A stretch of DNA of 64,000 bases from an uncultured Acidobacteriota bacterium (GTDB taxonomy: Bacteria; Acidobacteriota; UBA6911; RPQK01; JAPXNP01). A program made the translations under genes and the position numbers. A model generated the notes under the pieces. That model did no database searches. It worked only from the letters and a program-made list of their open reading frames with translations, and had not been told where the DNA came from. Below, piece after piece: positions 47,616-59,200 of the stretch (position 1 is its first letter; the number at the start of each line of letters is the position of its first letter). Where the stretch lies: the NCBI GenBank assembly GCA_963777605.1, contig CAVZRV010000011.1, positions 64,001 to 128,000 on the forward strand, given 5' to 3'.

Positions 47616-48704
47616 CTAACGCCCGAGTGGTTCGGCATATCGGTCGGCCTCTGCCGCGAGAGCGTCCCGGCTGCCCGCCAACCGTTCAAAATAGCTGATT
47701 GCCGCCAGGCCGGCTGTGTAAGTCCAGCCGCTCCCAACCGCAATCGAGAGCAGGGTGGATTTCTCGGGATAGGCTCTTTTGAGCCGGTGGCAGCCTTCCC
47801 GAACCAGCAAACCGGCGCCCAGAAGAGGCAGGATCTCTCCGGCTCGTCCCCGGTCGATCCGAAAACCGTGGGCGCGGGCAAGTTTGAGAAGCATGCCAAC
47901 CTGGACGGCCGATATCGGAATCACGTCTCCCACCGGAATCGGGATCGCCCCGATGAGCCCGGAACCGAACGCAGCCTGAGTGACGATACTCTTACAGATA
48001 CTCCTCCGAAACCCCGGCAGGTTCTGGGCCAGCGGATAGAGAGCCCGGGGACAGGAAGAGACGATCGCTTTCAGAATCCGCCGGACGCTGTCCGGCCAGA
48101 ACACTGAAACGGGGATCACCGACATTTGGAGTTGCCTGCGCGCTTCCGCGACGGCCACCCGCTCCTTTTCGACCCGGTCCATCTTGTTGAGCACCAGGAC
48201 GAAGGGCTTGCCCAGCCCGGCGTACTGCTGCAGCAATTGAAGCGTGTCCGTGGTGAATCCGCTGCTGCCGTCAAGCACAAATACCAGCACATCAGCTGTC
48301 TCCACCTCTTCCGGAACCCGACGGTTCCGACCGTACCCGAGATACTCTTCGAGCCCCTGCAAATCAATGATCGTGAACAGACGGGCCACCTGGTCAAGGT
48401 TTCCCTCGCCCAGGGCCGCTACTAGAGAAGATTTGCCGGTGCGCGCAGGCCCGATCATTGCGATGCGGATCGATTCCTCGGCACGCAGCCCTTCCCACTG
48501 CGAGAGCACCACGTTGAGCGCCCGCTGCATGCCGTCCGCACCACGCGCCGACGCGAGCACACGTCTCAGCCGATAGCGCGTGTCTCCTGGAAGAAGCAGG
48601 GCGACCTGTTCCAGCAGGTCAATCAATTCGGCCGGGCCCAGATCGCGAACGCTATCAAATAAACGACGGTTGTTACCGGTCTTCTGAAGGGAGACCTTGT
48701 CCAA
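47616..48704 (-). CDS. P-loop GTPase with a DUF697/YcjF-like C-terminal domain
   Basis: GPARTGKS, DLQG, NKMD; GAIPIPVGDVIPISAVQ. Confidence 0.8.
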   Translation of the reverse strand: MDKVSLQKTGNNRRLFDSVRDLGPAELIDLLEQVALLLPGDTRYRLRRVLASARGADGMQRALNVVLSQWEGLRAEESIRIAMIGPARTGKSSLVAALGEGNLDQVARLFTIIDLQGLEEYLGYGRNRRVPEEVETADVLVFVLDGSSGFTTDTLQLLQQYAGLGKPFVLVLNKMDRVEKERVAVAEARRQLQMSVIPVSVFWPDSVRRILKAIVSSCPRALYPLAQNLPGFRRSICKSIVTQAAFGSGLIGAIPIPVGDVIPISAVQVGMLLKLARAHGFRIDRGRAGEILPLLGAGLLVREGCHRLKRAYPEKSTLLSIAVGSGWTYTAGLAAISYFERLAGSRDALAAEADRYAEPLGR

Positions 48705-48713
48705 CAGTTCCTC

Positions 48714-49145
48714 CTATCGGTCTTTCGGATCCGGCCACCCAAAACCGGGACCCTCGATGGTGAATGACTCCTCGACAAATCCACCGGGAGCCCACCTAAA
48801 ACAGCGTACAACAGGAAGGCGATTCTGCATAGATACGATCCAGCAGGCGGCGTCACGATACTCGTATTCCTCCAGGTCCCTGCGCGACGGATGTCCTGGC
48901 CCTCGGGGATGGGAGTGGTAGATGCCAAGTAGACTCCTGCCGGACAAGCGGATCTGACGAAAGCCGTCAAACAACTCGGCGACCGGAATCGAGAACGCGA
49001 CTTCGCTTTGTTCCCCATTGTCGCAGGGAAGCAGGCGATCGATCAAGTTCCCTCTGCCGTAGAGCAGGCCACAACACTCGATCGGGAATTCCCGATCGGC
49101 ATGCTCAAACATCCGGTCGATGACCGTCGCTGAAATCTGCACCAT
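48714..49145 (-). CDS. M67 (JAB/MPN+) metallopeptidase
   Basis: ECCGLL, YHSHP-x5-PSRRD JAMM motif. Confidence 0.92.
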   Translation of the reverse strand: MVQISATVIDRMFEHADREFPIECCGLLYGRGNLIDRLLPCDNGEQSEVAFSIPVAELFDGFRQIRLSGRSLLGIYHSHPRGPGHPSRRDLEEYEYRDAACWIVSMQNRLPVVRCFRWAPGGFVEESFTIEGPGFGWPDPKDR

Positions 49146-49149
49146 TTCT

Positions 49150-51405
49150 CTACATCAGGTTGAGTGGATCGATATCGATCGTCAGGGTCCGCACGAGACC
49201 TTTCTCTGCCCGGAATTGTTTCCAGGAAGCGGCCAACACATCGTGCAGTTCCTGTCGATGGGTGGTCTTGATCAAAATCTGCCACCGAAACTGATTCTTG
49301 AGTTTCTCCAGAGCCGCCGGGGCCGGCCCGAGGATCCGCATACGGCTCGGACTCGAAAGCTCTGCCCGGAAGTGCTTCAGGAGATCGACAAACTTGCGGC
49401 AGGTGGCCTCACCGCGACCTGAGTTTCGGTCCTGGACGAGGATGTTGGCCAGCGCCGAAAACGGAGGGTAGCGGAACTTCTGACGCAGGTTGAGTTCCTG
49501 CCGACTGAAGGGGAAGTAATCCTGGCTGCAGGCATACTTGAGGCTGTAGTGATTCGGGTAGTAGGTCTGAATTACCACCTCACCGGGCTGCTCCCCCCGT
49601 CCCGCCCGACCGGAAACCTGGGTCAGAAGGTGGAAGGTCCGCTCGGCCGAGCGGAAATCGGACAACCGCAAGCCAGCTTCCGCGTCCAGCACACCAACCA
49701 GGGTCACCCAGGGAAAATCGTGCCCCTTGGCAATCATCTGGGTTCCGATCAGGAGGTCCGTCTTGCGGGCCGAGAAACGATCCAGGATCCGTTCCAGGCT
49801 GCCCTTCCGCTGCACCGAATCCCGGTCGAGCCGGTCGATCACGGCTCCCGGGAACTTGGACTTCAGCAACTCCTGGATTTTCTCGGTTCCCTCCCCGACA
49901 TAGAATATGTACTCCTTGCCACAGTTGGCGCATCGCGCGGGGACTGAACGACCGTATCCGCAGTAATGGCAACTCAACCTTCCCGCCGCCTGGTGGTAGG
50001 TTAAAGTGATGCTGCAGAATTGGCAGGTTTCGGTGTGACCGCAACTGCGGCAGAGAAGAAAACGGGCATATCCCCGGCGGTTGAGAAGGACGATCACCTG
50101 TTCCCGACGTTTCAACCGCTCACCGATCATCTCCAGGAGCAGCGGACTGAATACCGCCCCGCGCCCGTGCCGCTCGAACTCATTGCGCATGTCTACGATG
50201 TGGACCGTCGGCAGTTGGCGTTCCAGAATTCGGCTGCCGATCGTGATGTAGCGGTGAAGTCCCCGGTGGACGGCTGCATAGTAGGTTTCGAGCTGCGGCG
50301 TTGCACTCCCCATCACCACCAGTGCCTTCTCCAGGTGAGCCCGCTTCAGAGCCGTGTCCCGGGCATGGTAACGCGGCGACTCGTTCTGCTTGTAGGAAGG
50401 GTCATGCTCCTCGTCGATGACGATCAGCCCGAGGTTCTGGAGCGGAGCGAAAACTGCCGAGCGGGTCCCGACCGCGACCCGGGCGTCGCCCCGGCGGATC
50501 CGGCGCCATTCGTCAAAACGTTCTCCTTCCGAAAGCGCGCTGTGGAGGATCGCAACCTTCTCCCCGAACCAACTCCGGAACTGGCGGGAAATCTGGGGCG
50601 TCAACCCAATCTCAGGCACCATGACCAAGGCAGCCCGCCCCGTCTTCAGGGTGCGTTCGATCAGGTTCAGATAAACCTCCGTTTTCCCGCTGCCGGTCAC
50701 GCCGTGGACCAGGGCGCTCTGGAACTGCCCCTTTTCCAGGTCCCGGCTCAGCGACTCCAGGCAGGCTTCCTGGTCAGACGTCAGGGAGTGGCGGGTTGGT
50801 GCGTTGATTCTGTTGACTCCCCACGGCGAGCGGCGCTGTTCCACCGGCTCGATCTGGAGGAGTCCCGACTTCGCCATCCGGCTGAAGGTTTGCGGGGAGG
50901 CGACTCCTTCTTCGACCAGGTCACGAACCAGCACGGGAAGTTCCATCCGGGACACCTTAGAGAGGATGTCCAACTGTCTCCTGGTGATCGTCCCGGGATC
51001 TACCGGGGAATGGACCTCCACCACCCCTCGAAGAGTTGCCGCCGGCCAAAAGGCACTGGGATCCTGGTCGGGAGAAGCCTGCTTCGCCAGGAGACCCGGC
51101 GGCAGCATGACCCGATAGACTTCCCCCGGGGGCGCAAGGTAGTACTCGGCGAGCCATTCTCCGAGTTCGATCAGAGGAGGAGACAGGACGGGACGCGGGT
51201 CGAGAATACGGATCAGGGATTTACATCCCGCGGTCGCCGCCGAATCTTTGACAGCCACTACCAGGCCGACCAGGTGGCGGCGCTGGAAAGGGACAACCAC
51301 CCGAACGCCTATTTTCAGCCCCGGGACCAGTGATTCGGGAACCTCGTAGCTGTAGACCTTGGGAGCCGCCAGGGGGACGGCAACATCAACAAACGACACG
51401 GGCAT
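49150..51405 (-). CDS. priA: Primosomal protein N'
   Basis: GVTGSGKTEVY, DEEHD, two zinc-knuckle pairs, GTQMIAKGHDF, IDIDP. Confidence 0.97.
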   Translation of the reverse strand: MPVSFVDVAVPLAAPKVYSYEVPESLVPGLKIGVRVVVPFQRRHLVGLVVAVKDSAATAGCKSLIRILDPRPVLSPPLIELGEWLAEYYLAPPGEVYRVMLPPGLLAKQASPDQDPSAFWPAATLRGVVEVHSPVDPGTITRRQLDILSKVSRMELPVLVRDLVEEGVASPQTFSRMAKSGLLQIEPVEQRRSPWGVNRINAPTRHSLTSDQEACLESLSRDLEKGQFQSALVHGVTGSGKTEVYLNLIERTLKTGRAALVMVPEIGLTPQISRQFRSWFGEKVAILHSALSEGERFDEWRRIRRGDARVAVGTRSAVFAPLQNLGLIVIDEEHDPSYKQNESPRYHARDTALKRAHLEKALVVMGSATPQLETYYAAVHRGLHRYITIGSRILERQLPTVHIVDMRNEFERHGRGAVFSPLLLEMIGERLKRREQVIVLLNRRGYARFLLCRSCGHTETCQFCSITLTYHQAAGRLSCHYCGYGRSVPARCANCGKEYIFYVGEGTEKIQELLKSKFPGAVIDRLDRDSVQRKGSLERILDRFSARKTDLLIGTQMIAKGHDFPWVTLVGVLDAEAGLRLSDFRSAERTFHLLTQVSGRAGRGEQPGEVVIQTYYPNHYSLKYACSQDYFPFSRQELNLRQKFRYPPFSALANILVQDRNSGRGEATCRKFVDLLKHFRAELSSPSRMRILGPAPAALEKLKNQFRWQILIKTTHRQELHDVLAASWKQFRAEKGLVRTLTIDIDPLNLM

Positions 51406-51449
51406 CCTCGCAACCGCCGACCGGTCGACTCGTCGACGCGACCCGGGGC

Positions 51450-52190
51450 CTATCGGTAGTAACAACTCCCCCGCTCTTTCAGCGTGTCCCGAACCTTTTG
51501 CATATCGGTCCAGACCTCCCGTTTGCCGGCGGGTTTGCGGAGCAGGTAGGAAGGGTGGAATGTCGGCATCAGGAGGCTTCCACGGTACTCAAAATAGCGA
51601 CCCCTGAGACGGGAAATGGCTTCCTTGCTTCCCAACAGTGTCTGAGCAGCGTACCTGCCGAGGGCCACGATGATCATAGGATTGATGACTTCAATTTGCT
51701 TAAAGAGGAAGGGTTCGCAGCAGGCGACTTCGTCGGGCTCCGGATCCCGGTTGCCGGGGGGGCGACATTTCAGAATGTTGGCGATGTAGACCTGTTCCCG
51801 GGTAAGTTCAATCGCCCGGATGATCTTCGTGAGCAACTGCCCCGCGGCCCCGACAAACGGGATGCCCTGGGCATCTTCGTCCGCTCCCGGAGCTTCTCCC
51901 ACGAACATCAGGTCGGCGGTGGGATCGCCGACACCAAAGACGATGTTGGTCCGTCCCGCATGCAGCTTGCACCTGGTGCAGTCTCCCAAATCCTCCCGGA
52001 TCAGCTCCAGAGTAGGGTGGCCTGCTTCGGGTGTCGCCTCGACCTCGGGCTGACGCTGGTCACCCAGCGCCGCTTCTTGCAGGTCCGGGGCAGACTTTTG
52101 CTCTCGCAGATCCAGATGGGTGACTCCAATCTCGGCAAAAAACGAAAGCTGCTCGGACAGGCGGTCCCTGTCATCGCTATCATTGCTCAC
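51450..52190 (-). CDS. Family-4 uracil-DNA glycosylase
   Basis: [27 protein letters not shown]; GTGA overlap with era. Confidence 0.95.
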   Translation of the reverse strand: MSNDSDDRDRLSEQLSFFAEIGVTHLDLREQKSAPDLQEAALGDQRQPEVEATPEAGHPTLELIREDLGDCTRCKLHAGRTNIVFGVGDPTADLMFVGEAPGADEDAQGIPFVGAAGQLLTKIIRAIELTREQVYIANILKCRPPGNRDPEPDEVACCEPFLFKQIEVINPMIIVALGRYAAQTLLGSKEAISRLRGRYFEYRGSLLMPTFHPSYLLRKPAGKREVWTDMQKVRDTLKERGSCYYR

Positions 52191-53080
52191 GTCAACGTCA
52201 ACCCCAGATCGTCGAGAAGGGGTCCGCGGTTGCGCCACCCCGGTTCGACCTTCACATTCAGCTCCAGGTATATGCGGCCCACTTCGAGCAGTTCTTCAAT
52301 GTCCTTGCGGGCCTCGATTCCAATCTGCTTGATCATCTGGCCGGCGCGCCCGATCACGATCTTCTTCTGCCCGTCCTTCTCTACCAGGATCGAGGCCCTG
52401 ATCCGGACGAAACCCTCTTCCCGCCGGGATTCGTCGAATTCCTCGACCACCACGGCCGAGGAGTAGGGCAGTTCCTTGCGAGTGTGGGCCAGGACCTTCT
52501 CGCGCACAATCTCACCGACCATCTGACGCTCGTTCAAGTTCGTCAGGTAATCAGGCGGAAAGAGCGGATCGCCGTCGTTCAGATAGCGAAGCATCTCCGC
52601 GGTCAGCACGTCAACATTTTCTCCGGTCAGCGCCGACAGGGGAATAATCTCGTCGTAGATCCCCTGCTCGTTGTAGAACTCGATCTTGGGCAGCAGCTTG
52701 CCTTTGTTGACCAGGTCAACCTTGTTGAGAAGCAGGAACTTGCGCGGTTCTGCAGCCTTCATCATCTCGACGACGAACTGTTCTCCCTTGCCGTAGGACT
52801 GGGACGCATCCACCAGGTGCAGCACCAGGTCCACCTCCCGGATGGAGTCATACACTTCCGCCATCATGCGCTCGTTGAGCCGAAAGCCGGGCCGGTGGAT
52901 TCCCGGAGTGTCAACGAATACTATTTGGTATTCCTTTTCCGTGCGTACCCCCAGAACCCGATGCCGCGTCGTCTGCGGCTTGTCGCTGACGATCGAGACC
53001 TTGGTCCCAAGCAGGCCGTTCAAAAGAGTCGATTTGCCCACGTTGGGGCGACCAATAATAGAGACATAACCGAACTTCAT
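52187..53080 (-). CDS. era: GTPase Era
   Basis: GRPNVGKSTL, QTTR, DTPG, NKVD, KH-domain VIGRAG. Confidence 0.97.
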   Translation of the reverse strand: MKFGYVSIIGRPNVGKSTLLNGLLGTKVSIVSDKPQTTRHRVLGVRTEKEYQIVFVDTPGIHRPGFRLNERMMAEVYDSIREVDLVLHLVDASQSYGKGEQFVVEMMKAAEPRKFLLLNKVDLVNKGKLLPKIEFYNEQGIYDEIIPLSALTGENVDVLTAEMLRYLNDGDPLFPPDYLTNLNERQMVGEIVREKVLAHTRKELPYSSAVVVEEFDESRREEGFVRIRASILVEKDGQKKIVIGRAGQMIKQIGIEARKDIEELLEVGRIYLELNVKVEPGWRNRGPLLDDLGLTLT

Positions 53081-53110
53081 GTGATTTCGTCCGCCGGATG
53101 AAAAAGCGTC

Positions 53111-54313
53111 TTAGCCGACCGTTACGTGTCGCGACTCCTGGAGTCGCTGTTCAATCTGGTCCCAAAGGAGCCGGGCAACGTCCTTCTTGGGTATCCGTTC
53201 GGTCTGGGTCACAATTCCGTCGGGTCCAATCAGGACAACCCGATTGTAATCGATATCAAAACCGGAATCCTCAGATGAAATATCGTTGGCCACAATCAGG
53301 TCCAGGTTCTTCTCGTGGAGTTTGAGAATTGCGTTCTCAACCAGGTTTTCCGATTCAGCGGCAAAGCCGACCAGGAACTGGTTCCGCTTCGAACGACCCA
53401 GCGACGCCAGGATGTCTACGGTCGAAACCAGGTCGAGCGACCAGGAATCGCCGCTCTTCTTGCGCTTTTGCGGGAGCGTTCTGTCCGGGCGGAAATCGGC
53501 CACGGCCGCTGCCTTGACAACCACGTCCAAATCAGCATAGCGATCCAGCACCTCGGCGTGCATCTCGTCCGCCGACCGAACGTGAACAACCGTTACTCCC
53601 TGCGGATCGGGCAATGCCACCGGCCCGGCGACCAGGGTCACTTCAGCTCCCCGACGGGCCGCTTCCTCGGCAATCGCGAAACCCATCTTCCCCGAGGAGC
53701 GGTTGGAAACGTACCGAACCGGGTCGAGATCCTCAACGGTCGGCCCGGCAGTGACCAGAATCTTCCGGCCCGATAGCGTCTTTTGCCCCTGCAGGATCCC
53801 CAAAACAGTGATGGCGATCGACTCCGGCTCGGCCAGGCGCCCCTCGCCGAACTCGCCGCATGCCTGGTAGCCGACTCCGGGCTCTATAACCCGCACCCCG
53901 CGCTGACGGAGAACTTCCAGGTTTCTCTGGGTTGCAGGATGGCGCCACATTTCCACGTTCATCGCCGGGGCCACCACGACCGGCGTTGTCGTCGAGAGGT
54001 AGATCGTACTCAAAAAGTCGTCGGCAATTCCCGCCGCGAACTTGGCAATAATATTCGCAGTTGCCGGAGCCACAAGCAGAAGATCGCTCTTCCGTGCCAG
54101 CGAAATGTGCTCGATTTCGCCCCCGGGCGTCTGGAACATTTCACAGATAACCCGGTGACCCGACAACTTCTCGAGGGTGAGTGGGCCGATGAACTGGGCA
54201 GCGCTCCGGGTCATCACCGGATATACCGCAACCCCCTGCTTCTGCAGGAGACGCAGGATCACCGGGGCCCTGTAAGCCGCAATGCACCCGGTGACTCCCA
54301 GGATCACGTTCAT
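53111..54313 (-). CDS. coaBC: Phosphopantothenoylcysteine decarboxylase/ligase
   Basis: [42 protein letters not shown]. Confidence 0.97.
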   Translation of the reverse strand: MNVILGVTGCIAAYRAPVILRLLQKQGVAVYPVMTRSAAQFIGPLTLEKLSGHRVICEMFQTPGGEIEHISLARKSDLLLVAPATANIIAKFAAGIADDFLSTIYLSTTTPVVVAPAMNVEMWRHPATQRNLEVLRQRGVRVIEPGVGYQACGEFGEGRLAEPESIAITVLGILQGQKTLSGRKILVTAGPTVEDLDPVRYVSNRSSGKMGFAIAEEAARRGAEVTLVAGPVALPDPQGVTVVHVRSADEMHAEVLDRYADLDVVVKAAAVADFRPDRTLPQKRKKSGDSWSLDLVSTVDILASLGRSKRNQFLVGFAAESENLVENAILKLHEKNLDLIVANDISSEDSGFDIDYNRVVLIGPDGIVTQTERIPKKDVARLLWDQIEQRLQESRHVTVG

Positions 54314-54504
54314 TGAACGGCTTCCTCGAGCATCTCCCACTCGACCAGTCCTTCCATGGTTTCCTTGATCGCGATGTAAGCCGGTTTCTTCGATTTCAGT
54401 TGAAGCTTGGGAGGAGCACCGTTCTGAAGCTGCTTGGCGCGCTCGGCGGCAACCAGAATGAACCGGAACTTGCTCCCATATTCTTTCGGAATTTTCTGAA
54501 TCAT
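54310..54504 (-). CDS. rpoZ: RNA polymerase omega subunit
   Basis: SKFRFILVAAERAKQL; gmk-rpoZ-coaBC synteny; AGGAGG RBS. Confidence 0.93.
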   Translation of the reverse strand: MIQKIPKEYGSKFRFILVAAERAKQLQNGAPPKLQLKSKKPAYIAIKETMEGLVEWEMLEEAVQ

Positions 54505-54727
54505 TGAATCTAAATCCTCCTGAATTTTTTTCGCGGCGGCTGGCTAGAGGCTGCCTGAGCACCCAGCAACGGAACAAGGTCCCCGGAACGCTATCGGCCT
54601 CAAACCGGGCCAACCATGTCACTGTCTTCCGCCAAGTGGCCGTCCAGTTCCCCCCGACCCGATCCTCAAATTGTGACACCACCCGAACGTGCAGCAGCGT
54701 CAACCCGGAAAAGCCCGGAACCGGCCG

Positions 54728-55363
54728 TCACTCCTTTGAAGGAGTGGGTTGGCGAAACGATTCCAGTATCGCTTCGGACTCCTCACGTCGCTGAGCAACC
54801 CGGCAGCGCATTGCGTTAATTATAGACTTAAGCTCTTCGACCGAGTCTTCCAAGACTCGGTTAATAATAACGTAATCGTATCTCCTGTAGGAGTTTATCT
54901 CATCACGGGCAATCTGGAGTCGGCGTTCGATCACGTCGTCGTCATCGAGGCCCCGTCCCCGCAGGCGTTTCTCCAACTCCTGAAACGAGGGCGGCAGAAC
55001 GAAGATCATGACGGCGTCGGGCATCAACTTTCGGACCTTGAGCGCTCCCTGGACGTCGATGTCGAGGAGCACGTCGGTTCCTCCGGCCAGTTCCCGTTCG
55101 ACGAAATCCCGGCTGGTCCCGTAGTAATTGCCGTAGACCTGGGCCCACTCGAGGAAGCGGTTTTCCTCAATCATTCTTCGGAACTCTTCCTCGGAGACGA
55201 AGAAATACTCCTTGCCATTCTCTTCGCCACCCCGCATTCCCCGCGTGGTGTGACTGACCGAGAAACGGATCGATTTGAGCTGGGGCACCACCCTCAAGGC
55301 CAGGCTGGTCTTGCCCGAACCAGACGGGGCACTCAGAATCAGGAGGTTCCCCTTATTCGACAT
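54728..55363 (-). CDS. gmk: Guanylate kinase
   Basis: SAPSGSGKT, SHTTR, GNYYGT, LDIDVQG. Confidence 0.97.
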   Translation of the reverse strand: MSNKGNLLILSAPSGSGKTSLALRVVPQLKSIRFSVSHTTRGMRGGEENGKEYFFVSEEEFRRMIEENRFLEWAQVYGNYYGTSRDFVERELAGGTDVLLDIDVQGALKVRKLMPDAVMIFVLPPSFQELEKRLRGRGLDDDDVIERRLQIARDEINSYRRYDYVIINRVLEDSVEELKSIINAMRCRVAQRREESEAILESFRQPTPSKE

Positions 55364-56219
55364 TTTGCACTTGCTCCCGAATCTTCTCGATCTCGGCTTT
55401 CGCCTCCACCGCGGTGGACGTCAGGTCAACCAGGCTCGACTTGGAAAGGATCGTATTCACTTCCCGGTGGATTTCCTGACAGAGGAAATCGAGATTCTTT
55501 CCAACCGAGTCCTCACCGGGCTGGGCGAGGTAGTGACGGAACCGCTCAATGTGACTGGCGAGCCGCGCGAGTTCTTCCGAGATGTCGGATCGCTCAACAT
55601 AAAAGAAGATTTCCTGGGCCAAACGGCGCTCGTCAATCTCTACCTCCGCGGCCAGCGCAGAGATCTGTTTCCTGAGCCGCTCCAGGTAGTGCTCGCGAAT
55701 CCGGCCCGCTGCAGAAGCCCCAGTCTTGGCGTGATTCTCCAGGCAGTCAAGGTGCTTCGTGATGTCCTCCTCCAGGGCCGCCCCCTCGACCCGCCGGGAT
55801 TCAGCCAACCGCCCCAGCGCCTCACGCAGGGTCTCCAGTAGAGGTTCGCGCAAGAGATCTAACGAGAGGCTGCTCCGAACCACCACACCCGGAAGACCCA
55901 GCAACCCCTCAACCGAGAGGCTTCCGGCCGCCCCCAACGCGCGCAACCGGTCGGCGGCGGTGATGTACCCCTCGACGATGGCCTCGTCCACTTTGAGCAA
56001 CTGGGGCAGGTTCGCCTGGACGTCGACGAAAACGTCGATCCGTCCACGGGTGAGAAAACGCTGAATCTCCGCCTTGAGCAAGGGTTCGATCTCGAGCCAG
56101 TCCCGAGACATGTGGATCTTGAGATCGAGAAACCGGGAATTCACCGTCTTGATGTCCACCGTTACATTCAGTCCGTCCAGCGAGCGCTCGGCATGGCCGA
56201 AACCTGTCATGCTGTTCAA
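55353..56219 (-). CDS. yicC: YicC/YloC-family endoribonuclease
   Basis: [35 protein letters not shown]. Confidence 0.93.
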   Translation of the reverse strand: MNSMTGFGHAERSLDGLNVTVDIKTVNSRFLDLKIHMSRDWLEIEPLLKAEIQRFLTRGRIDVFVDVQANLPQLLKVDEAIVEGYITAADRLRALGAAGSLSVEGLLGLPGVVVRSSLSLDLLREPLLETLREALGRLAESRRVEGAALEEDITKHLDCLENHAKTGASAAGRIREHYLERLRKQISALAAEVEIDERRLAQEIFFYVERSDISEELARLASHIERFRHYLAQPGEDSVGKNLDFLCQEIHREVNTILSKSSLVDLTSTAVEAKAEIEKIREQVQNVE

Positions 56220-58041
56220 TTCGTCACCTCCAGGCCGTTTTCAATCGGCATCCGCACATCGGAGAATTGAAGTTCGTAAAGCCGCCGGTACATTCCGGAA
56301 CGGGACATCAGGACTTCGTGGCTGCCCTGTTCCACGATTCGCCCCCGATCCAGGACCACGATCCGGTCAGCCGCCCGGACGGTTGAGAGTCGATGGGCAA
56401 TTACCAGCGTGGTGCAATTCATCATCAGGTTGTGAAATGCCTGTTGGACCAGCCGTTCCGACTCGGAATCGAGAGCCGAAGTCGCCTCGTCCAAAATCAG
56501 AATCGGTGCTTTCTTCAGGATCGCGCGGGCGATGGCGATGCGCTGACGCTGGCCACCCGAGACCCGGTGACCCCTCTCCCCGATCACCGTCTCGTACTGG
56601 TCGGGCAGACCCTGAACAAAGTCGTCGATGAAAGCGGCGCGTGCGGCCTCCTGGACGTTTTCGAGTCTCTCGATGGCGGCACCGTAGGCAATGTTATTGC
56701 GGATCGTGTCGTCGAAGAGGAACGTGTCCTGGGTCACCAGGGCAACCTGCGACCGCAGCGGAACTCAGCGTGGCAGTAGAGACATCCACCCCGTCAATGA
56801 GGATCCGTCCCCTGGTCGCGTCGTAGAAGCGGGGAATCAGGTTGACCAGCGTGCTCTTGCCAGCACCGCTCATCCCGACCAGGGCCACGATCTCTCCTTT
56901 TCGGATCTCCAGGCTCACATCCCGAAGAACCGGGATATCGCCCCCTTCCGGGTAGGAGAAGTCGACGCCCTCGAACTGGATACTCCTCTCGAGTGGGGGA
57001 AGCGTAACCGCGTCGGCCCGGTCCTTCACTTCGATCCGCGTATCCAGCACTTCAAAGATCCGATGCGCCGAGGCGAGGGTCTGCTGAAAGTGAAGGTGCA
57101 TCCGCGACAGCTTTCGAATCGGTTCGTAGAGTCGAAAAAGAGCAGCCACGAAAACCACGAAAGCGCTCAGCGTGAACCCCTGGCTCAACTTATAGTTGAA
57201 GTAAAGAAGAAAGGGCACAAAGGCCACGTAGCCGATGAACTCGATCAGGGGAGAGCCCAGCGCGTTGACACGGGCGATCTTCAGGTTGGAATGAACCAGC
57301 CGATCGACCATGCGGGAAAAACGGCTGCGCTCAAAATCCTCTGCGACAAATGCCTTGACGATTTTCTGGCCCGAAATGCTCTGCTGCAGCGTGTGTGAAA
57401 TGTCCGACAGGTTCTCCTGTGAGCGAATGCTGTCCCGGCGGATCCGGCGTCCCAGCCGCAGCGTGATGACCAGTACGAGCGGAGCAATTGCAAAGGAGAG
57501 CAGGGCCAACTTCCAGTCCGAATAAAAGACCAGAGCCAGGAAAAAGAGAAGCAGGAAGATCTGCCGGAAGAAATCGGTCAAGCGTTTTCCAACAGCTTCC
57601 TGCACCCGTTCGGTGTCGGTGATTGCCCGGGCCATCAGTTTGCCCGTTGGAAACCGCGAAAAAAAGGCCAGAGATTGGTCCAGCAGGTGACTGTACATCT
57701 CCTTTCTAAGCGTGGCCACGAGCCGTTCGCCGCTGATATTCATCGTGTAGTCGGCGATGTACAGAAAAACACCCTTGAACAGCGAGAAGAGGACCAGAAA
57801 GAGTCGCGATCTTGACCAGGTAGGAATCGCCGTGCAGCCCCAGCAGTCCCTGCAGGAAGGCAAACTTGCCAGAGCCCGTCGATGCGGAAGGAACCGACGG
57901 AGCCAGTTGGTCGAAAATCGGGGCCAGCAGCATGATGATGACGGCTTCGAGGAAGCCGCTCAGAATCAGCAGCACTCCCGCCACGATCACGAGCGACAGA
58001 TAGGGCCTGACGTAAGGGTAAAGTCGACGAACTTCTTCCAT
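56216..58041 (-). CDS. msbA: MsbA-like lipid A flippase ABC transporter with two apparent +1 frameshifts
   Basis: TMD plus NBD split over three frames (shifts near 57804 and 56760); [25 protein letters not shown]; span 1826 = 1824+2. Confidence 0.85.
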
Positions 58042-58183
58042 GAAATTATGTTAGTTCTGAAAAGATTCTCTCAAAACATTAACCTCCTGCCCCAGCCCGC
58101 AAATAGAGGGAATGTAAGCACTACCCTGACCTCCCCTGGACGTAGTGCAGGGAGGGCTGCTTCGGAGCCCTGCCCCATCTTTC

Positions 58184-59078
58184 TTAAACCGACTCATACT
58201 CCATGAGTTCGGCCAACCCTGCTTTCAGCGGCAGCGGTTTGAAGCCGATATCCTCACTGATTCGCGTCGAATCCAGTGAGCAGTCCTTCCCGCGCGGCAC
58301 CAGCCCGACGTCCGCCATTGAGACCGGCACAATCGTATCGACGGGCAGTCCGAAGACCTCGGCGTAGGCGAGGCCGAACTCGTATCGGCTGAGCCGTTCC
58401 GGACCGCCGAGGTGATACAGGTCCGAAGCGGGTCCTCGCTCGACCATCCGGACCAGTCCCCGCGAGACGTCACGCACGGAGATCAGGAGTACGGTACTGA
58501 TCCTTGAACAGGCGCAATTGCCGTCCGGTCACCATGTGCTCTCGCATCCAGTTCGTGAAACAGGAATGGAACGGGCTCCCGTGGGAGAACAGTTTGGCGA
58601 CTCTTACAACCACGGAACGGGGCCGTTTTCTCACCAACTGTTCTGCCTGAATCTTGGTCTCCCCATAGTAATTGACCGGGTTCGGCTCATCCAGTTCCGT
58701 GTAGTTTCCCTTTTCGCCGTCAAACACCAGATCGGTCGAAATATAGATAAACAGGCTCTCCGGCGGAGCAGTGTCAAGCAAGCGGTGCGTGGCGGTCACG
58801 TTGACTGCGTACGCTTTCGGGCGATCCTTCTCGCATTCATCCGGGAGGGTAACAGCGGCAGAGTGAACGACTACGTCGGGAGCGGCATCCTTGATGACGC
58901 CCGGGAAAGACCGTGGCTTGAGCAGGTCCAATTCCGCCACCCTGACCCTGCGGAACTGGGGCCGGTTCTGGTGATAGGTACCGACTGCTATCCATTCTGT
59001 TTCTTCCTGGAGGAACCGGCAGAAATTCCATCCGAGCACTCCACTTGCTCCGGTTACCAGGACCGACCTCTCATTCAT
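58184..59078 (-). CDS. rfbD: dTDP-4-dehydrorhamnose reductase-like SDR with an apparent +1 frameshift near 58484
   Basis: TGASGVLG, ISTDLVFDG, PVNYYGETK, DQYRTP then (shift) ISVRDV...SRYEF; span 895 = 894+1. Confidence 0.8.
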
Positions 59079-59200
59079 GGCTCAACATTCTAGCCCTTCA
59101 GCGGCCTTTCTGCCTCAGTTGGTTGCCAACTGGGCATAAAATTCGAAATTGACACGCGGGTTCGAAGAGTGGAAGCTTTTCCCTATCCCAGAACCAGGAG

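Noticed and set aside
28654-51333. Long antisense ORFs (e.g. 28654-29994, 39676-40893, 50020-51333)
   Set aside because: Mirror frames of well-supported genes, expected in high-GC DNA, with no motifs.
54505-54727. Possible ncRNA or promoter in the gmk-rpoZ gap; N-terminal extension of coaBC
   Set aside because: No recognisable RNA family and TTGACG lacks a properly spaced -10; the coaBC extension overlaps rpoZ.
56216-58041. msbA as a pseudogene or programmed frameshift
   Set aside because: No slippery sequence at either site; the gene is normally essential; the same error pattern occurs elsewhere in the window.
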